NCBI GenBank assembly: GCA_050014195.1
Contig: JBEKDT010000005.1
Span: 64,001 to 128,000 of the forward strand
Source of the DNA: Desulfomonilia bacterium
GTDB lineage: Bacteria > Desulfobacterota > Desulfomonilia > UBA1062
Direction: 5' to 3'
Length of the DNA stretch: 64,000 bases
This document shows, in pieces, positions 60,065-64,000 of the stretch. The notes under the pieces are model-generated. The model had not been told where the DNA came from. It made no database searches and worked only from the letters and a program-made list of their open reading frames with translations. The stretch's first letter is position 1. The number at the start of each line of letters is the position of its first letter. The position numbers were made by a program, and so were the translations under genes.

Positions 60065-62403
60065 TAGACCTCCTTCAGCAATTGATCATCATTAACATTT
60101 TTTTCGGCAGTAGGCACGCTGCCCTTCTTAAAGACCTCAAAACGTGTTTCCATTGAATCCCCCGGTGCCTCCTTCCCGGTCTTGGAGTTGACCCTGGCAA
60201 ACACTACACCATCAGGTACCCTGAAATCACGCACCTGTCGGTCACGCAATGCCGTTGTCATAAAATCGACAAAGATGGGGCATGCGGTCTTACCTCCGGT
60301 TTCGCCGGCACCAAGCGAAGTCATACTGTCATACCCCACCCATACACCACACAATACATCGGGCGTAAATCCGACAAACCAGGTATCCTTGCTGTCATCA
60401 CTCGTCCCTGTCTTGCCTGCCACCGGCCTCATGAGGGCCTTGGCCCGCCAGCCTGTCCCCTCCTGTACCACGTCCTTAAGGATGTTGGTAACAATATAGG
60501 CCGTCTGTTCCGAGATAACCCGCTGGTCCTGTTCGGACGTCTGGGTATTCATCGCATCTTGCGGGGGGACAATGCCCTCCGTGGTCGCGGTGGCTGCAGG
60601 GGCAACAGGAATAAAAGTGCCTGCAGGGGCCCGGAATATCGTCCCTTTCCCGCTCTGGACGATACTTTCGATCATATGGGGATTAAACTTCTGGCCATAG
60701 GTGGCCAATTCGGCATAGCCCTTGAACAGGTTGATCGGCGTCAGCACACCGGAGCCCAGGGCAAGGGAAAGGTTCCTGGGCAGTTCTCCTTGCATATCGA
60801 ACCGCTTGAGGTAAGAGATGGCGTAATCAAGGCCTATCTCATTTAAGATCTTGATGGTGACGACGTTTCTGGACAAGACCAGACCGGTCCTCAAAGTGGT
60901 TGCGCCATAGAACCGTTTCTCGAAGTTCCTGGGCTGCCATACCTCCTCATCCGCACCGGCCTTATAGGTCACCGGTGCATCGAAGATGATGGAGGCCGGG
61001 GTCATGCCCTTATCGATGGCTGCGGCATAAATAAAGGGCTTTATGGCAGACCCGCTCTGTCTCTTGGCATCTATGGCCCTGTTGAATTGGCTCTTGGAAT
61101 AATCTACCCCGCCCACCATGGCAAGGATACCTGCCTTTTCCAGGTCAAAAGCCATGAGCACACCTTGGACGGTAGGCTGCTGGGAGACCTCAAAGCCCCT
61201 GGGTGTAGAGCATAGCTGAATCAGATCACCGGGCTTCAGGTTGTTTGATGGCCTCCAGTTCCCCTTAGGTTCGATCCAGGCATAGCTGCTGGGACCAAGC
61301 TCGAGATGCCTGGACCCGAGTTTCACTGTCAATGGGTCCAGCTTCATCACCTCTGCCCAATAGAGCTCATAGGGCTCGTAACCCTTCCATTCGAGCTGGT
61401 TCGACTGAAAGGCGAAGATACGCTCCTTTTCGGTTAGGCTCACGTTCTTGACGGAACCCCGATACTTGCCTTGCCGCATCTCCAGCTCGATGACCCCTTT
61501 TCGAACGGCGAGTGTCGCTGCGCGCTGGAGATCCGGAACGATGGAAGTTCGGATAATGATCCCCGTGTTGAAGATGTCCTCGCCGAACTGCTTTGTTACC
61601 AGGATCTTCACATATTCGGTGATGTAGGGTTGATCGGTGAACAAGGCCACATCTTTGGCTACAATCCGAAGCGGGTCTTTGTATGCCTCACGTGCCTCAG
61701 CCTGGGTGATGTATCCTTCCGATACCATGCGTGAAAGGACATACCACTGCCTTCGCTTTGCCGCAGTGAAATCATTTAACGGCGAGTACCGTGTGGGAGC
61801 AGGCGCAAGCCCTGCAAGCATGGCCATCTCGGAGAGCTCCAGCTCTCTGCATTCCTTGCCGAAGTAGCGCAAAGACGCAGCCTGGACGCCGTAGGCACCG
61901 CTGCCCAGGTATATGCGGTCGAGATAGAGGTTTAGTATCTGCTCCTTGGTCAGTGCCTGTTCAATACGCAGGGCCAGTACGATCTCTTTGATCTTCCTAC
62001 TGATGGTCTTCTCCCTTGTCAGAAGATATGACCTCACCACCTGCTGCGTGATGGTGGATGCACCCTGGACATAGGAGTTTGCCCTGATATCGGCGAGTAA
62101 TGCGCTGATGATCCTGCGCGGCTCAAGTCCTACATGGTCGTAGAAAGTGGAATCCTCGGCGGCCACTATGGCCTGCTTGAGGGTGATGGGGATGTTGTGC
62201 CCGTTCAGCACGATCCTGCCTTCAGGGGGAAAATATGCTATCGGTGTCCCGTCTGCAGCAGTAACCTTGCTGAGCTTGGTGGTTTCATCGTTTCTCAGCT
62301 CCTCGATGGAGGGGAGCCCCCTGAGCACGAAGACATAGACCCATGCGCCACACAGGAAGATGAAGATCACGATGAGGAGAAGTATGAATCTGAGCCATCT
62401 CAT
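60061..62403 (-). CDS. mrcA: Class A penicillin-binding protein PBP1A
   Basis: AAEDSTFY, GASTITQQ, RKIKE, SAIK, SRN, KTGT. Confidence 0.93.
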   Translation of the reverse strand: MRWLRFILLLIVIFIFLCGAWVYVFVLRGLPSIEELRNDETTKLSKVTAADGTPIAYFPPEGRIVLNGHNIPITLKQAIVAAEDSTFYDHVGLEPRRIISALLADIRANSYVQGASTITQQVVRSYLLTREKTISRKIKEIVLALRIEQALTKEQILNLYLDRIYLGSGAYGVQAASLRYFGKECRELELSEMAMLAGLAPAPTRYSPLNDFTAAKRRQWYVLSRMVSEGYITQAEAREAYKDPLRIVAKDVALFTDQPYITEYVKILVTKQFGEDIFNTGIIIRTSIVPDLQRAATLAVRKGVIELEMRQGKYRGSVKNVSLTEKERIFAFQSNQLEWKGYEPYELYWAEVMKLDPLTVKLGSRHLELGPSSYAWIEPKGNWRPSNNLKPGDLIQLCSTPRGFEVSQQPTVQGVLMAFDLEKAGILAMVGGVDYSKSQFNRAIDAKRQSGSAIKPFIYAAAIDKGMTPASIIFDAPVTYKAGADEEVWQPRNFEKRFYGATTLRTGLVLSRNVVTIKILNEIGLDYAISYLKRFDMQGELPRNLSLALGSGVLTPINLFKGYAELATYGQKFNPHMIESIVQSGKGTIFRAPAGTFIPVAPAATATTEGIVPPQDAMNTQTSEQDQRVISEQTAYIVTNILKDVVQEGTGWRAKALMRPVAGKTGTSDDSKDTWFVGFTPDVLCGVWVGYDSMTSLGAGETGGKTACPIFVDFMTTALRDRQVRDFRVPDGVVFARVNSKTGKEAPGDSMETRFEVFKKGSVPTAEKNVNDDQLLKEVY

Positions 62404-62628
62404 AGTGTTCCCTTACATATCAATATGGCTGCGAAATGCAAGCGCAAAGAGGTGGGGAACAGGGGCTGGACGAAGGGGAGGGGTTGTGTTAATGGTGCTG
62501 GCAATAATCATCGGCATGAACCCCAGAGAAACCTCTGGACGATATACCATATCAAGCTGCTTTACTAAGACATACGCCTTCTCGTCTGATTGAGCGGTCG
62601 CGAAGGCACCATTGATGCGGAGGAGCAA

Positions 62629-64000
62629 ATGGCGACGGATTACAAACCTCAGGAGATCGAGGCCAAGTGGCAGAAACGCTGGGAAGACGGCAAGCTCTTC
62701 AAGGTTCAAGTCGATAATTCAAAGCAGAAATACTATCTCCTTGAGATGTTTCCCTATCCATCGGGCCGCATTCACATGGGCCATGTGCGCAATTACACTA
62801 TCGGTGACGTGGTGGCCCGCTACAAGAAGATGAAGGGGTTCAATGTACTGCATCCCATGGGATGGGACGCCTTCGGCATGCCTGCCGAGAATGCGGCCAT
62901 TGCAAGTGGCGTGCACCCCAAAAAATGGACCTATGAGAATATGGCGTATATGAAGGTCCAGCTTAAACGAATGGGCTTCAGTTATGACTGGGACCGTGAG
63001 ATCGCCACATGCGATCCGGACTACTACCAGTGGGAGCAGCTCTTCTTCATCCAGATGTTCGAGAAAGGCCTTGTCTATAAAGATCGCACCTTTTTGAACT
63101 GGTGCGACAGCTGCAAAACCGTGCTCGCCAATGAGCAGGTGGAAGACGGGGCGTGCTGGCGCTGCGGGACCCAGGTTTACCTGCGGGAATACGACCAATG
63201 GTTCTTCAGGATCACTCAGTACGCCCAAGAGCTTTTAGACAACATTGAACGACTCAAAGAGGGGTGGCCCGAGCGCGTGCTCATTATGCAGAAAAACTGG
63301 ATCGGCAGGAGCACAGGCTCACTCATCAGATTCCAGATCGAAGGAACCACAGAGGACATTGAGGTCTTTACAACCAGGCCCGATACACTCTACGGAGCAA
63401 CGTTCATGAGTATCGCACCTGAGCATCCCCTGGCCAAGACGCTGTCCAAGGGCACGGATCAGGAACGAGCAGTGAAGGCATTCGTGGAGAAGACCCTCAA
63501 GGAGGACAAGATCACCCGCACATCTGATTCATATGAAAAGGAAGGTGTGTTTACCGGCAAATACTGCATCAACCCGCTCACCGGCTTCAAGATGCCCATC
63601 TATGTTGCAAACTTCGTGCTCTACGACTACGGCACCGGGGCGGTCATGGCGGTTCCCTCCCACGACCAGCGCGACTTTGAGTTTGCCAAGAAATACGGGC
63701 TTACCATCATCGTGGTAATCCAGCCAGAAGGCGAAGTACTCAGGGCGGAAACCATGGAGTCAGCCTATGAGGGCGAGGGCGTGTTGGTGAATTCCGGCAG
63801 CCACAACGGCATGAAGAACATCGATGCCATGCCTGCCATCACGGAGCACCTCTTTAAGGTAGGCAGGGGCGAGACCACAGTGAACTTTCGCCTGCGTGAC
63901 TGGGGCATCTCAAGACAGCGCTACTGGGGAGCGCCCATCCCGGTTGTGCACTGCGAGAAGTGCGGGACAGTCCCGGTCAAGAAAGAGGACCTGCCCATCA
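62629..64000 (+). CDS. leuS: Leucine--tRNA ligase (partial, runs off the window)
   Basis: [60 protein letters not shown]; SD GGAGG. Confidence 0.97.
   Translation, partial: MATDYKPQEIEAKWQKRWEDGKLFKVQVDNSKQKYYLLEMFPYPSGRIHMGHVRNYTIGDVVARYKKMKGFNVLHPMGWDAFGMPAENAAIASGVHPKKWTYENMAYMKVQLKRMGFSYDWDREIATCDPDYYQWEQLFFIQMFEKGLVYKDRTFLNWCDSCKTVLANEQVEDGACWRCGTQVYLREYDQWFFRITQYAQELLDNIERLKEGWPERVLIMQKNWIGRSTGSLIRFQIEGTTEDIEVFTTRPDTLYGATFMSIAPEHPLAKTLSKGTDQERAVKAFVEKTLKEDKITRTSDSYEKEGVFTGKYCINPLTGFKMPIYVANFVLYDYGTGAVMAVPSHDQRDFEFAKKYGLTIIVVIQPEGEVLRAETMESAYEGEGVLVNSGSHNGMKNIDAMPAITEHLFKVGRGETTVNFRLRDWGISRQRYWGAPIPVVHCEKCGTVPVKKEDLPI

Noticed and set aside
62404-62628. T-box or Leu-rich attenuator peptide before leuS
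   Set aside because: No GGTGGNACCGCG T-box and no run of Leu codons

Overview
Gene-dense bacterial chromosome window; gene content and protein styles suggest a Desulfobacterota/'deltaproteobacterial' anaerobe (inference). In order it holds: a cell-envelope cluster (polysaccharide deacetylase end, TPR-amidase, YibQ-like deacetylase); an AT-rich islet with a DUF2569-permease fusion, a YcgQ-like gene and an unannotated 58-aa Cys-rich protein; a NUDIX/methyltransferase pair; Fe-S protein, RdgC, ALDH and SixA; two gene remnants (HD-GYP, DUF72); PAS hybrid kinases with twin receivers, divergent from a REC-SpoIIE/RsbW/STAS + CheA-MCP-CheW-CheB-CheR operon; an MSHA/T2SS-like type IV pilus cluster with a PilX-vWA-propeller fusion; housekeeping genes (proC, coaE, pgeF, rpmH-rnpA-yidD-yidC-jag-mnmE-rsmG without dnaA or mnmG, hsp20, rpoH, mltD, PBP1A, partial leuS). 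The main cross-window signal is a recurring sigma28-like promoter motif, T(A/C)AA-N16-NCCGAT, at fixed spacing upstream of the chemosensory/partner-switch operon, the Hpt kinase, pilus genes, LOG, a TPR gene and (weaker) rpoH. No rRNA, tRNA, CRISPR or transposase was seen. All family assignments come from motif recognition by eye; no searches were run.
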